Shown piece by piece: positions 10,230 to 18,583 of a stretch of DNA of 64,000 nucleotides. The translations under genes were made by a program, and so were the position numbers. The notes below the pieces were generated by a model. It had not been told where the DNA came from, did no database searches, and saw nothing but the letters and a program-made list of their open reading frames with translations. Every line of letters begins with the position of its first letter. Within the stretch, counting starts at the first letter, position 1. The stretch lies in NCBI GenBank assembly GCA_963596435.1, contig CAVBMG010000006.1, positions 5,938 through 69,937 of the forward strand. Direction: 5' to 3'. The stretch is from Agathobacter sp. Lineage in GTDB: Bacteria; Bacillota; Clostridia; Lachnospirales; Lachnospiraceae.

Positions 10230-12098
10230 ATGAAGAAATTAGAAGAATTGCTGGAGTGGGGAGGCATCAAAAAGGATGTCACATTGCTTGTAATTTCGGG
10301 AATGGCATTGTTGCTCAGTATATTGAAAGTGATTCCCGGGATACCGTTTGATATTGCCTGGGTAGCCATTATTCTGTGTGGAGTACCGATTATTCTGGAA
10401 GCAATCATAGGTCTGGTCACTGCTTTTGATATCAAGGCAGATGTACTGGTTTCCCTTGCGTTAATCGCTTCTATCTGTATTCATGAGGATTTCGCAGCCG
10501 GAGAGGTGGCATTCATCATGCAGCTGGGAGCTTTACTGGAAGATTTGACAGTGGCAAGAGCACAGGCTGGTATCGAGAAGCTGGTCAAACTGACTCCTCA
10601 GACTGCCAGAGTGATAGAGGGTGAAAAAGAAACAATCATACCTGCCGAACAGGTGAAGATAGGAGCATTGCTTCGTGTGCTTCCGGGAGAGACAATCCCT
10701 GTAGACGGTGTTATCATATCTGGACAGACTTCTATTAATCAGGCAGTCATGACCGGAGAATCCCTTCCTGTTGATAAAGGAGCAGGAGATGAAGTCTCAT
10801 CCGGTACAGTCAATCAGTTCGGTGCATTTGAGATGAAGGCGACTAAGGTCGGAGAAGATTCTTCCATCCAGAGGATGATTCGGCTTGTCCAGTCAGCAGA
10901 TGCAGGCAAAGCCAAAATTGTAGGACTGGCTGACAGATGGGCAACCTGGATCGTAGTAACTGCACTTACGGCTGCGATACTTACCTGGTTCATAACCAGA
11001 GAGCCAATAAGAGCCGTTACGATACTGGTAGTATTCTGTCCATGTTCGCTGGTTCTGGCTACACCTACAGCAATTATGGCTGCTATAGGAAATGCTACGA
11101 AGCACGGATTTCTGGTCAAAGAGGGAGATGCCCTGGAGAGACTTGCCAAGGTGAAAAGGGTGACTTTTGATAAGACAGGCACACTTACAGTCGGAGTTCC
11201 CAAGGTGGTGCTGGTGCAGTCCGTTGTAGATACTTATTCGGATGAGGAAATCTATGTGTTGGCAGCCAGCGCGGAGAAGAAGTCAGAACATCCTCTTGGA
11301 AAAGCTATTATCAGATGCTTTAAGAGTGATATTGGAAAAGAAATCGCAGAAACAGGAGACTTTACCATGGTTCCCGGTCAGGGTGTAAAAGCAGATATAA
11401 ACGGAAAAGTCGTCTGTGCAGGAAATAAAAAACTTATGGTAAGTGAGAAGATACAAGTTCCTGAAAAGGTGAAAGATATCGTACAAAAACAAATAGAAAA
11501 AGGCACAAGTATCATTTATATCGCAGTGGATGGAACATTATCAGGAATTGTTGCATTATCGGATTCTCTGCGTGCTGAAAGCGCACAGATGATAAAGAGA
11601 TTGGGAGAAATCGGTATTGTGCCGGTTCTGATCACAGGGGATAATAAAGAGGCTGCAAACCAGATAGCGGGAGAGGTTGGCATTACAGATGTTCATGCGA
11701 ACTGTCTGCCGGAAGATAAGCTGGAAATTATTGATACTTATCAGAAGAATCATGAGCTTGTCTGCATGATTGGGGACGGAGTCAATGATGCGCCTGCGCT
11801 TAAAATCGCTGCTGTTGGAATCGCAATGGGAGGAGTCGGAAGCGATATTGCCGTAGATGCGGCTGATATAGCACTTGTGGATGATGAAGTCAGAGAGCTT
11901 CCACACCTGTTCTCCCTGTCACACAGGATGATGACAAAGATTAAATTCAATCTGTCATTTTCCATGCTGCTTAATTTCATAGCGATCATACTGGCGATGA
12001 CAGGCATTTTGAATCCGGTAATTGGTGCGCTCGTACATAATGCAGGTTCTGTATTTGTTATTGTGAATTCTGCGTTTTTGATGAAAGATAAAGGATAA
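10230..12098 (+). CDS. Heavy-metal translocating P1B-type ATPase lacking an N-terminal metal-binding domain
   Basis: TGES, CPC, DKTGTLT, SEHP, GDGVNDAPAL; substrate not determinable by eye. Confidence 0.93.
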   Translation: MKKLEELLEWGGIKKDVTLLVISGMALLLSILKVIPGIPFDIAWVAIILCGVPIILEAIIGLVTAFDIKADVLVSLALIASICIHEDFAAGEVAFIMQLGALLEDLTVARAQAGIEKLVKLTPQTARVIEGEKETIIPAEQVKIGALLRVLPGETIPVDGVIISGQTSINQAVMTGESLPVDKGAGDEVSSGTVNQFGAFEMKATKVGEDSSIQRMIRLVQSADAGKAKIVGLADRWATWIVVTALTAAILTWFITREPIRAVTILVVFCPCSLVLATPTAIMAAIGNATKHGFLVKEGDALERLAKVKRVTFDKTGTLTVGVPKVVLVQSVVDTYSDEEIYVLAASAEKKSEHPLGKAIIRCFKSDIGKEIAETGDFTMVPGQGVKADINGKVVCAGNKKLMVSEKIQVPEKVKDIVQKQIEKGTSIIYIAVDGTLSGIVALSDSLRAESAQMIKRLGEIGIVPVLITGDNKEAANQIAGEVGITDVHANCLPEDKLEIIDTYQKNHELVCMIGDGVNDAPALKIAAVGIAMGGVGSDIAVDAADIALVDDEVRELPHLFSLSHRMMTKIKFNLSFSMLLNFIAIILAMTGILNPVIGALVHNAGSVFVIVNSAFLMKDKG

Positions 12099-12115
12099 TA
12101 TATAATTATAATATA

Positions 12116-12153
12116 AAAGCTGCTCTTTGGCTGTGATGCCAGAGAGCAGCTTT
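12116..12153. terminator. Bidirectional intrinsic terminator between convergent ATPase and AKR genes
   Basis: aaagctgctctttggc-tgtgat-gccagagagcagcttt hairpin with A/T flanks. Confidence 0.8.
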
Positions 12154-12159
12154 GACTTT

Positions 12160-12999
12160 TTACAGAATGGACATGAACCACTCAACTGTCTTGGGGTCGT
12201 AGTGGGAGAAGAAGAGGCTTTCGCCACCATCTAAGGCTTCAATAGCAGCCATATCTTCCGGTGTCAGTGTGAAATCGAAAAGGTCAAAATTCTGTTGCAT
12301 ACGATCCTTATGAACAGACTTTGGAATGATGACTACATCACTCTGGAGCAGGAAGCGAAGGGCAGTCTGCGCAGCGGTCTTGCCGTATTTTGAACCGATT
12401 TGTGTCAGAACAGGATTAGTGAACATATCCTTTCTGCCTTCTGCAAATGGTCCCCAGGATTCTATCTGACAGCCGTATTTCTGTAAATATTCTTTTGCTA
12501 CCTTCTGCTGTTGGAATACGTGAGTCTCAATCTGGTTGACAGCAGGTTTTACCTTGGCAAAGTGCTGAATATCCAGATAGCGGTCAGGACCAAAGTTGGA
12601 GACACCAATAGCGCGTATTTTGCCTGCCTGGTATAATTCCTCCATAGCACGATATGTTCCGTAATAATCACCAAATGGCTGATGAATCAGTAACAGATCC
12701 AGATAATCTGTACGAAGCTTCTCCATAGACTCCTGAATGGAAGCCTTGGCACTGTCATAACCGGCATTTGTGATCCAGACTTTGGTGGTAAGGAAGAATT
12801 CTTCTCTTGGAAGTCCGCATTCAACCAGGGCAGCACCTACACCCTCTTCGTTAAAATAAGCCTGAGCTGTATCAATGCTTCTGTAGCCTATCTCAATTGC
12901 ATCTAATACGCAGCGCTTCGTATCTTCTGGCGGTGTCTGATATACGCCATAGCCTAATTTTGGCATTTTGATTCCATTGTTCAATGTTACATATTCCAT
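12160..12999 (-). CDS. Aldo/keto reductase (2,5-DKG reductase-like)
   Basis: LNNGIKMP.LGYG, IDTAQAY, DYLDLLLIHQP, IGVSNF, IIPKS; GGAGG RBS before ATG 12999. Confidence 0.93.
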   Translation of the reverse strand: MEYVTLNNGIKMPKLGYGVYQTPPEDTKRCVLDAIEIGYRSIDTAQAYFNEEGVGAALVECGLPREEFFLTTKVWITNAGYDSAKASIQESMEKLRTDYLDLLLIHQPFGDYYGTYRAMEELYQAGKIRAIGVSNFGPDRYLDIQHFAKVKPAVNQIETHVFQQQKVAKEYLQKYGCQIESWGPFAEGRKDMFTNPVLTQIGSKYGKTAAQTALRFLLQSDVVIIPKSVHKDRMQQNFDLFDFTLTPEDMAAIEALDGGESLFFSHYDPKTVEWFMSIL

Positions 13000-13095
13000 A
13001 ATCATTACCTCCATTTTCTGAAATATAAATACTCTTTCTAACCATTACTTTACATTGGATTTGAAAGGAAGTACACTATCAATATAGAAATCCAC

Positions 13096-13112
13096 TTTTC
13101 AGAAAATGAAAA
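13096..13112. promoter_or_regulatory. Putative LysR T-N11-A dyad
   Basis: TTTTCA-GAAAA-TGAAAA between divergent AKR and LysR genes. Confidence 0.5.
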
Positions 13113-13131
13113 CTGAAAGGAGTAGAAAAAT

Positions 13132-13947
13132 ATGCTGAATCTGGAAGAATTAAAGCAATTGGTTGCTTTTGAGGATGCGGGTACATTATCAAAAGTGGCA
13201 GAGGAGTTTCATATATCAACACCATCTATCACTCGCTCCATGAAAAATCTGGAGGAATGTTTTGGTGTGACACTGTTTTATCGGAGTAAAAACAGGATTG
13301 AATTAAATGAAACAGGGCAGGTAGCGGTAGAGTATGCAAGAAAGCTTCTACAGGAAGCAGACCAGATGGTTTCGCAGGTCAGGGCTTATGAGGAAAGGCA
13401 GAAGACGATTGTGGTGAAATCCTGCGCACCGGCGCCTATGTGGGAACTGGTAAAAGAACTGGGTTCAGAGTTCCCTGGGAATACGATATCATCTGCGATT
13501 TGCCAGAATGAAGAGGTGATGCAGTATCTGGAACAGGAGGTCTGCGATATGGGGATTTTGTCTTTTCCGGTTGCTATGGAGAAGTGGGATGTGAGAGAAT
13601 ACATGAAGGAGCACTTATTTGTCTGTGTTCCTATAGGACATGAGTTAGCGGGGCATAAAGAATTGTACTTTGAGGAGCTTAACGGCTTTAACTTCCTCTT
13701 GCGTTCAGAGCTGGGGTTCTGGGATACACTCTGCCGCGAGAAAATGCCTGCTTCAAAGTTCCTGGTACAGACAGACACATCCGTGTTTGATGAACTGGTC
13801 AAGGCATCTTCGCTTCCCTGCTTCACGACAGATTACATTTCAGACCGGGAGAGCGCCTACCCCAATCGGGTATGCGTTCCGATTATGGATGCGGCGGCGA
13901 ATGTTACCTTTTATCTTGTCACGAAAAATAAGGGTGTCAGAGTATAG
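13132..13947 (+). CDS. LysR family transcriptional regulator, divergent from AKR
   Basis: GTLSKVAEEFHISTPSITRSMKNLEECFGVTLF.R HTH. Confidence 0.9.
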   Translation: MLNLEELKQLVAFEDAGTLSKVAEEFHISTPSITRSMKNLEECFGVTLFYRSKNRIELNETGQVAVEYARKLLQEADQMVSQVRAYEERQKTIVVKSCAPAPMWELVKELGSEFPGNTISSAICQNEEVMQYLEQEVCDMGILSFPVAMEKWDVREYMKEHLFVCVPIGHELAGHKELYFEELNGFNFLLRSELGFWDTLCREKMPASKFLVQTDTSVFDELVKASSLPCFTTDYISDRESAYPNRVCVPIMDAAANVTFYLVTKNKGVRV

Positions 13948-13987
13948 CACGGGCTGGACAGGGTGCGATCATATCGGAAATTTGGGA

Positions 13988-14019
13988 TTGACATATTATC
14001 AATAAATGGGTAATATAAT
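13988..14019 (+). promoter_or_regulatory. Sigma-A promoter for the putative RNA + nuclease unit
   Basis: TTGACA at 13988-93; TAATAT at 17-bp spacing (14011-16), overlapping TATAAT at 14014-19. Confidence 0.7.
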
Positions 14020-14022
14020 ATT

Positions 14023-14193
14023 AAAGACAGGCAACTTGAGTGTCTGCCAAGCGTAGAAGTAAGGTGTTGTGCCAGAGGGCAGTGCCTTATGAGCTTTATA
14101 CGGGTTGGACATTTACCACAATCTGGCTAGAAACCATAGGTTTTGAAAGAAAATGTCGAAAGCTCTGCTGTTATTGGCAGAGCTTTTCTTTTT
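14023..14193 (+). ncRNA. Putative structured non-coding RNA (two candidate pseudoknots) upstream of the nuclease gene
   Basis: Pairings read by eye: AGACA 14025-29/TGTCT 14041-45 with loop CTTG 14035-38 complementary to CAAG 14048-51; long stem 14052-69/14080-102 with loop GCCAGA 14071-76 complementary to TCTGGC 14122-27; GACATTT 14108-14/AAATGTC 14151-57 enclosing AAACC/GGTTT; ends in a terminator. Ends approximate. Confidence 0.6.
14159..14193 (+). terminator. Intrinsic terminator between the RNA and the nuclease ORF
   Basis: aaagctctgc-tgttattg-gcagagcttt followed by tcttttt, directly before the AGGAG RBS (14194-98). Confidence 0.8.
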
Positions 14194-14209
14194 AGGAGAA
14201 AATAATATT

Positions 14210-14782
14210 ATGCGAAATATTAAGGATTGTGTATATGCATTTCGTCCACTTTTGAATACTGAATATGAGATTGTATTAGGAAGAAAAGGAGTAGCTGTAA
14301 CACTAAAGATTACTTTTGATAAAAAAGACTGCTTTCATTTAATGGGATTACAATATTTGATTGATCGACCTGAGTTAAATCGAGACAGAGGAAAGATATT
14401 TGATGAAATAATAGAAGGGACGATTACGGTAGAACAACTTGAATCATCAGATTTTTATAAAAAAATAAAAGAACGTATAAATTTTTTACCATTGTTGGAA
14501 AAATTACTGGATAGTAATGATACCGTTTTCAAATATAATCGTAAAGAAAATATTTATTCTATGATAGATGCTGATTATCTAATGAAAAATAATATGGAAG
14601 ATAGAAATCTGTATTTGTTCTTATCACAGGAATTTGAAGAACACTATTTCTGCCGCTCCTTTTTCCCGGAAGAAAGAAAAGACTATACTAAAAACCAATC
14701 TTCATGGACTATGCTTTATAAAAAGAAAAAGGACTTATGTACTGGTAAAGAGATAGTATTGTATGATAAATTAAAAAAATAG
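14210..14782 (+). CDS. PBECR4-like (BECR-fold) putative ribonuclease, 190 aa
   Basis: I.F.K.DCFHLMGLQYL, S.I.ADYL, LYLFL, C.SFFP recalled as PBECR4 family features; AGGAG RBS before ATG 14210; AT-rich. Confidence 0.65.
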   Translation: MRNIKDCVYAFRPLLNTEYEIVLGRKGVAVTLKITFDKKDCFHLMGLQYLIDRPELNRDRGKIFDEIIEGTITVEQLESSDFYKKIKERINFLPLLEKLLDSNDTVFKYNRKENIYSMIDADYLMKNNMEDRNLYLFLSQEFEEHYFCRSFFPEERKDYTKNQSSWTMLYKKKKDLCTGKEIVLYDKLKK

Positions 14783-14825
14783 TAACTACTGAATAAATAA
14801 AAAGGAGACGCAGGGATAAACAGAT

Positions 14826-15539
14826 ATGATAGATAAAAATGGAATCTTGTATGGAATCGGGGTAGGACCGGGAGAGCCGGAGCTTATGACGATTAAAGCA
14901 TTGCGGATCATTCGCAGCTGTGATGTGATTATACTTCCAGCGGCGTCAAAGGAAGCATGTTATGCGTATAAAATTGCATATGAAGTGTGTCCTGAAATAG
15001 AAGAGAAAATTCTGTTGTGCATGCCTTTTCCAATGATTCAGGATGAAAAAGAGCTGGAACTGGCGCATGAGAAGAATTATCATGAGATAGAGGATTACAT
15101 GCGCAAGGGCAAATGTGTTGGAATGTTGACGATAGGAGATCCAAGTGTGTATTCGACATATTTGTATATGCATCATCGCGCTGTTAAGGCAGGTTTTCAG
15201 GCGGTTATGATCAGTGGAGTCCCTTCTTTTTGTGCATCTGCCTGCAGGCTTGGAATTTCACTCGGAGAGAAGAATGAGGAAATACATATCATTCCTGCTT
15301 CTTATGATGTAGAGGAAGCTTTAAAATACAGTGGAACCTGCATATATATGAAGTCAGGCAGGCATCTGAGGGAGCTGCTTGCAGGGCTGCGGGAGCAACA
15401 GGAGAAGGGACGCAGGCTTAGAGCATATGGCGTTGCAAACTGTGGAATGGAGAATGAGCAGGTATATCAGGGACTGGATGAACTGGAGAGAGCAGAAGGA
15501 TATCTTATAACAGTTATTATAAAGGTGGACGAAGAGTAA
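14826..15539 (+). CDS. cbiL: Precorrin-2 / cobalt-precorrin-2 C20-methyltransferase
   Basis: LYGIGVGPGEPELMTIKA, FPM, TIGDPSVYSTY, GVPSFCA, MK motif. Confidence 0.85.
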   Translation: MIDKNGILYGIGVGPGEPELMTIKALRIIRSCDVIILPAASKEACYAYKIAYEVCPEIEEKILLCMPFPMIQDEKELELAHEKNYHEIEDYMRKGKCVGMLTIGDPSVYSTYLYMHHRAVKAGFQAVMISGVPSFCASACRLGISLGEKNEEIHIIPASYDVEEALKYSGTCIYMKSGRHLRELLAGLREQQEKGRRLRAYGVANCGMENEQVYQGLDELERAEGYLITVIIKVDEE

Positions 15540-15563
15540 TTAAGGATTGACAGGGAGTTTTGT

Positions 15564-16178
15564 ATGAAAAAGACAGGAATCGTATTATTATGCGTATTAA
15601 CAGTTTCACTTTGCGGTGGATGTGGTAATTTGAAGGAAGAAACAGCATTGTCTTCCGCTGATGAACAACAGCAATCGGAAGAAAGTACTTATTTTACAGA
15701 GAGTGAAACAGAAACGAATGAAGTAAGTGAAACAGAGAGTATTCAGGATGAAATAGCTAAAATAGAGGAAAAATCCAATGAATTTGAAAATGCCGACTGG
15801 GGCAGTATGAATCAACAGGAAATGAACCAGACTACCGGAGAATGGTATCAGTTATGGGATAATGAACTTAATTCCCTGTGGGACAGATTAAGTAACGAAC
15901 TGGATGCAGATACCAAGGCAAAGGTGCTGGAAGAACAGCGCGAATGGATCAAGAGAAAAGAAGAAAGTGTAAAAGCTGCCGGTATGGAAGGCTATGGAGG
16001 AAGCCTGCAGCCGCAATTGGAAAATTCAGCTGCTGAAGAACTGACTCGCGCAAGAGTGTATGTACTTGCCGGATATTTAGCGGATGTCCGTAACGAATCA
16101 TTTGTGATTGATGCAGAGATTCAGAAGAGTATAGATGAATCAGAGTACAGTCTGGATGATGTGACAGAAGCGCAATAA
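15564..16178 (+). CDS. Lipoprotein with LprI/DUF1311-like domain
   Basis: Lipobox (GGC), acidic linker, NQQEMN...WDNELN.LW..L.....L.EEQREWIK.KE...GGSL.P. Confidence 0.7.
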   Translation: MKKTGIVLLCVLTVSLCGGCGNLKEETALSSADEQQQSEESTYFTESETETNEVSETESIQDEIAKIEEKSNEFENADWGSMNQQEMNQTTGEWYQLWDNELNSLWDRLSNELDADTKAKVLEEQREWIKRKEESVKAAGMEGYGGSLQPQLENSAAEELTRARVYVLAGYLADVRNESFVIDAEIQKSIDESEYSLDDVTEAQ

Positions 16179-16219
16179 GAGACAGACCGGTCATTGGATA
16201 TTTGACCGGTCTGTCTCTT
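16177..16219. terminator. 17-bp perfect inverted repeat at a convergent gene junction
   Basis: aagagacagaccggtca (16177-93) / tgaccggtctgtctctt (16203-19), 9-nt loop. Confidence 0.75.
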
Positions 16220-17543
16220 TCATCATTTTATAGTAGCATGGAATTAATAATGCACATGCTCCAAACCAGGCAAGTGGGCTGGCGATACACACGGATAAGT
16301 AACCAAGCACTCCAGAGAGTCCGACAGTTGCTGCGATTCGCATAATAAGTTCGATGATGCAGGCTGCAAAAGGAGCACGACCATTCTGCATACTTTGAAT
16401 GGAAGTACGGTAAACAGCCAACAGACCCAGAATAAAGTAAAAGGGTGCAACGATTGTCAAATATTTATCAGAGTAGTAATAGATCTCTGTAGTTGGATTG
16501 GAAAGGAACAGGCGTACAATAGGGTGTCGAAGCAGAAGGATTCCCACACACATGAGAAGATTAAAGGTTTCTGTCTGAATAAGGCTCGCACGTACGCCTG
16601 ATTGAATCCTGTCTTTTTTACCTGCGCCAAAATTCTGTGCGACATAGTTGGAAATGGCGGTCATCATTGCATTATTTACGAGAACTGAGAGCTGGTCAGC
16701 CTTGGAAGCAGCTGTATAGCCGGCAACTGCAGCTGTTCCCATTGAATTTACCACTGTCTGCATGGCAAGCTGTCCGATACACATGACTGACATTTGGAAT
16801 CCCATAGGAAAGCCTGTCTTCAGGTGAAGAACTATGGATTCTCTCAGATTCTGGAAATCCTCTTTGCGCAAATGTAGCACCTGAAATTTGCGAAGACCAA
16901 CCCACAGACTAAGCAAAGCAGAGAGAAACTGTGATAAAATAGTAGCCCATGCCGCACCTGAAATGCCCATTTTACAAGGAATAATAAAAAGGATATCCAA
17001 GAATATGTTCAAAATAGAGGAAAATACCAGAAAGTATAAGGGTGTTCTGCTGTCTCCCAATGCGCGTAGCATATTGGAGATCATATTGTAAAAAACAGTA
17101 GCACCTGTTCCAAGAAGTACAATGAACATGTATTCATATGCCTGCTCTGAGATATCGGAAGGAATTTTCATCCATTGTAAGAATTTGTGGGAAAGCAGAC
17201 AGCAAATGAAAGTCAGTACAATGGTAAATATGAGACTTAATAAAGTAGAAACAGCTACACTTTTTCTCATGCCTTTTTCATCTTTCGCACCGCAGCGTTG
17301 ACCAAGGCAGATACCGAATCCGCCAGTAAAACCATTGATAAAACAAAAGACAAAATAAATAATAATGCTGGTTGCACCCACAGCGGCAAGCGCATTTGCT
17401 CCCAGGGTTTTGCCGACAATCACCGAGTCAGCCAATGTATAAAAGAGCTGAAACAGGTTACCCAGAATAACAGGAATTGCAAATTTTAATAATGACCAGA
17501 ATGGATTACCAGTCGTCAGATCCATTTCTTTTGTTTTAGACAT
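16191..17543 (-). CDS. MATE family efflux transporter
   Basis: DLTTGNP, GNLFQLFY.LADS.IVG, LRALGDSRTPL, NIFLD, AQNFGAGK. Confidence 0.93.
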   Translation of the reverse strand: MSKTKEMDLTTGNPFWSLLKFAIPVILGNLFQLFYTLADSVIVGKTLGANALAAVGATSIIIYFVFCFINGFTGGFGICLGQRCGAKDEKGMRKSVAVSTLLSLIFTIVLTFICCLLSHKFLQWMKIPSDISEQAYEYMFIVLLGTGATVFYNMISNMLRALGDSRTPLYFLVFSSILNIFLDILFIIPCKMGISGAAWATILSQFLSALLSLWVGLRKFQVLHLRKEDFQNLRESIVLHLKTGFPMGFQMSVMCIGQLAMQTVVNSMGTAAVAGYTAASKADQLSVLVNNAMMTAISNYVAQNFGAGKKDRIQSGVRASLIQTETFNLLMCVGILLLRHPIVRLFLSNPTTEIYYYSDKYLTIVAPFYFILGLLAVYRTSIQSMQNGRAPFAACIIELIMRIAATVGLSGVLGYLSVCIASPLAWFGACALLIPCYYKMMKETDRSNIQ

Positions 17544-17618
17544 AGAAGCCTCCTTATTGCACTGCGATTATCCAGTGGATATAATAGAATTACTTATAAA
17601 AAGCAGGAGAATTGTACA

Positions 17619-18524
17619 ATGGCTATGAGAAAAATTCTGGTAGATGATACGAAAAGAGAGCTTACGGAACATGGAACAGACAGTTTCCCCATGACAGTCA
17701 ACCATGATGATTTGTGGACTTTTGAAGGAAAAAGTATTCCAATCCACTGGCATAATGATCTGGAAATCAGCATTCCAAGAGTCGGTGAAATGGTCTTTCA
17801 AATCTACCAGAAAAGTTATATTGTCAAACCGGGAAATGCACTTCTTATCAATCAAAATGTGCCGCATAGCTGCCAATCTCCAGATAACAAGCCTGCTCAA
17901 TGTACTACGATTATTGTCAGACCTAATTTCCTTTACGGAGATTTTGGAAGCGATGTGGAACGTAATTGTTTTCGCCCTTTTCTACAGAATTCTGCAATTC
18001 CCTGTATTGAATTATCAGGTACTGAAATATGTGATAAGGAAATCATTGACAAATTAAACTGCGTAGAAAAGGCGTTTGACCAGAAATCCTATTGTTATGA
18101 ACTACAGATCAAGGGACTTTTGTGTGAAGCATTTGCCGGGATTCTGTGTGCCCATCAGAAGGAGCTTACTACCTTTGTTCCTGCTAATCATCTGGATCTG
18201 GAGCGATTGGAACAGATGTTAGGCTATCTTAATACACATTTTGAATCTATAGTATCTCTTCAGGAAATCGCAGATCAGGTCCATCTGTCGAGAGAAGTAT
18301 GCTGTCGTCTTTTTAAAAAGATGACAGGCAAGACAATCACCGGCTATCTTGAAGAGTATCGCATCAATCAGAGTCTTTCCTTGGTGCAGAGTGGTCAGTA
18401 TTCCATGATTCAGATTGCAGCCATGACAGGTTTCAGCAATGCGAGTCGCTTTGCCCGTGCCTTTCGAAAACAATTCGGCTGCAATCCCGGAGAGTACAAT
18501 TCTCTAAAGCAACACACAGTATAG
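17619..18524 (+). CDS. AraC family regulator with N-terminal cupin domain
   Basis: PIHWHNDLE cupin; C-terminal double HTH (IAAMTGFSNASRFARAFRKQFGCNP). Confidence 0.92.
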   Translation: MAMRKILVDDTKRELTEHGTDSFPMTVNHDDLWTFEGKSIPIHWHNDLEISIPRVGEMVFQIYQKSYIVKPGNALLINQNVPHSCQSPDNKPAQCTTIIVRPNFLYGDFGSDVERNCFRPFLQNSAIPCIELSGTEICDKEIIDKLNCVEKAFDQKSYCYELQIKGLLCEAFAGILCAHQKELTTFVPANHLDLERLEQMLGYLNTHFESIVSLQEIADQVHLSREVCCRLFKKMTGKTITGYLEEYRINQSLSLVQSGQYSMIQIAAMTGFSNASRFARAFRKQFGCNPGEYNSLKQHTV

Positions 18525-18583
18525 TAGAAAGTGGCAGGAAAGGGTACTCTGGTATTGATTTATATGATACAGATATTGACTTT

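Noticed and set aside
14023..14193. Cobalamin riboswitch, given cbiL nearby
   Set aside because: Lacks the AGGGAA, GCAACTGT/GCCACTG and B12-box elements, and precedes the nuclease ORF rather than cbiL
14153..14209. Longer N-terminus of the nuclease ORF given by the ORF track
   Set aside because: Runs through the terminator hairpin; the AGGAG RBS supports ATG 14210
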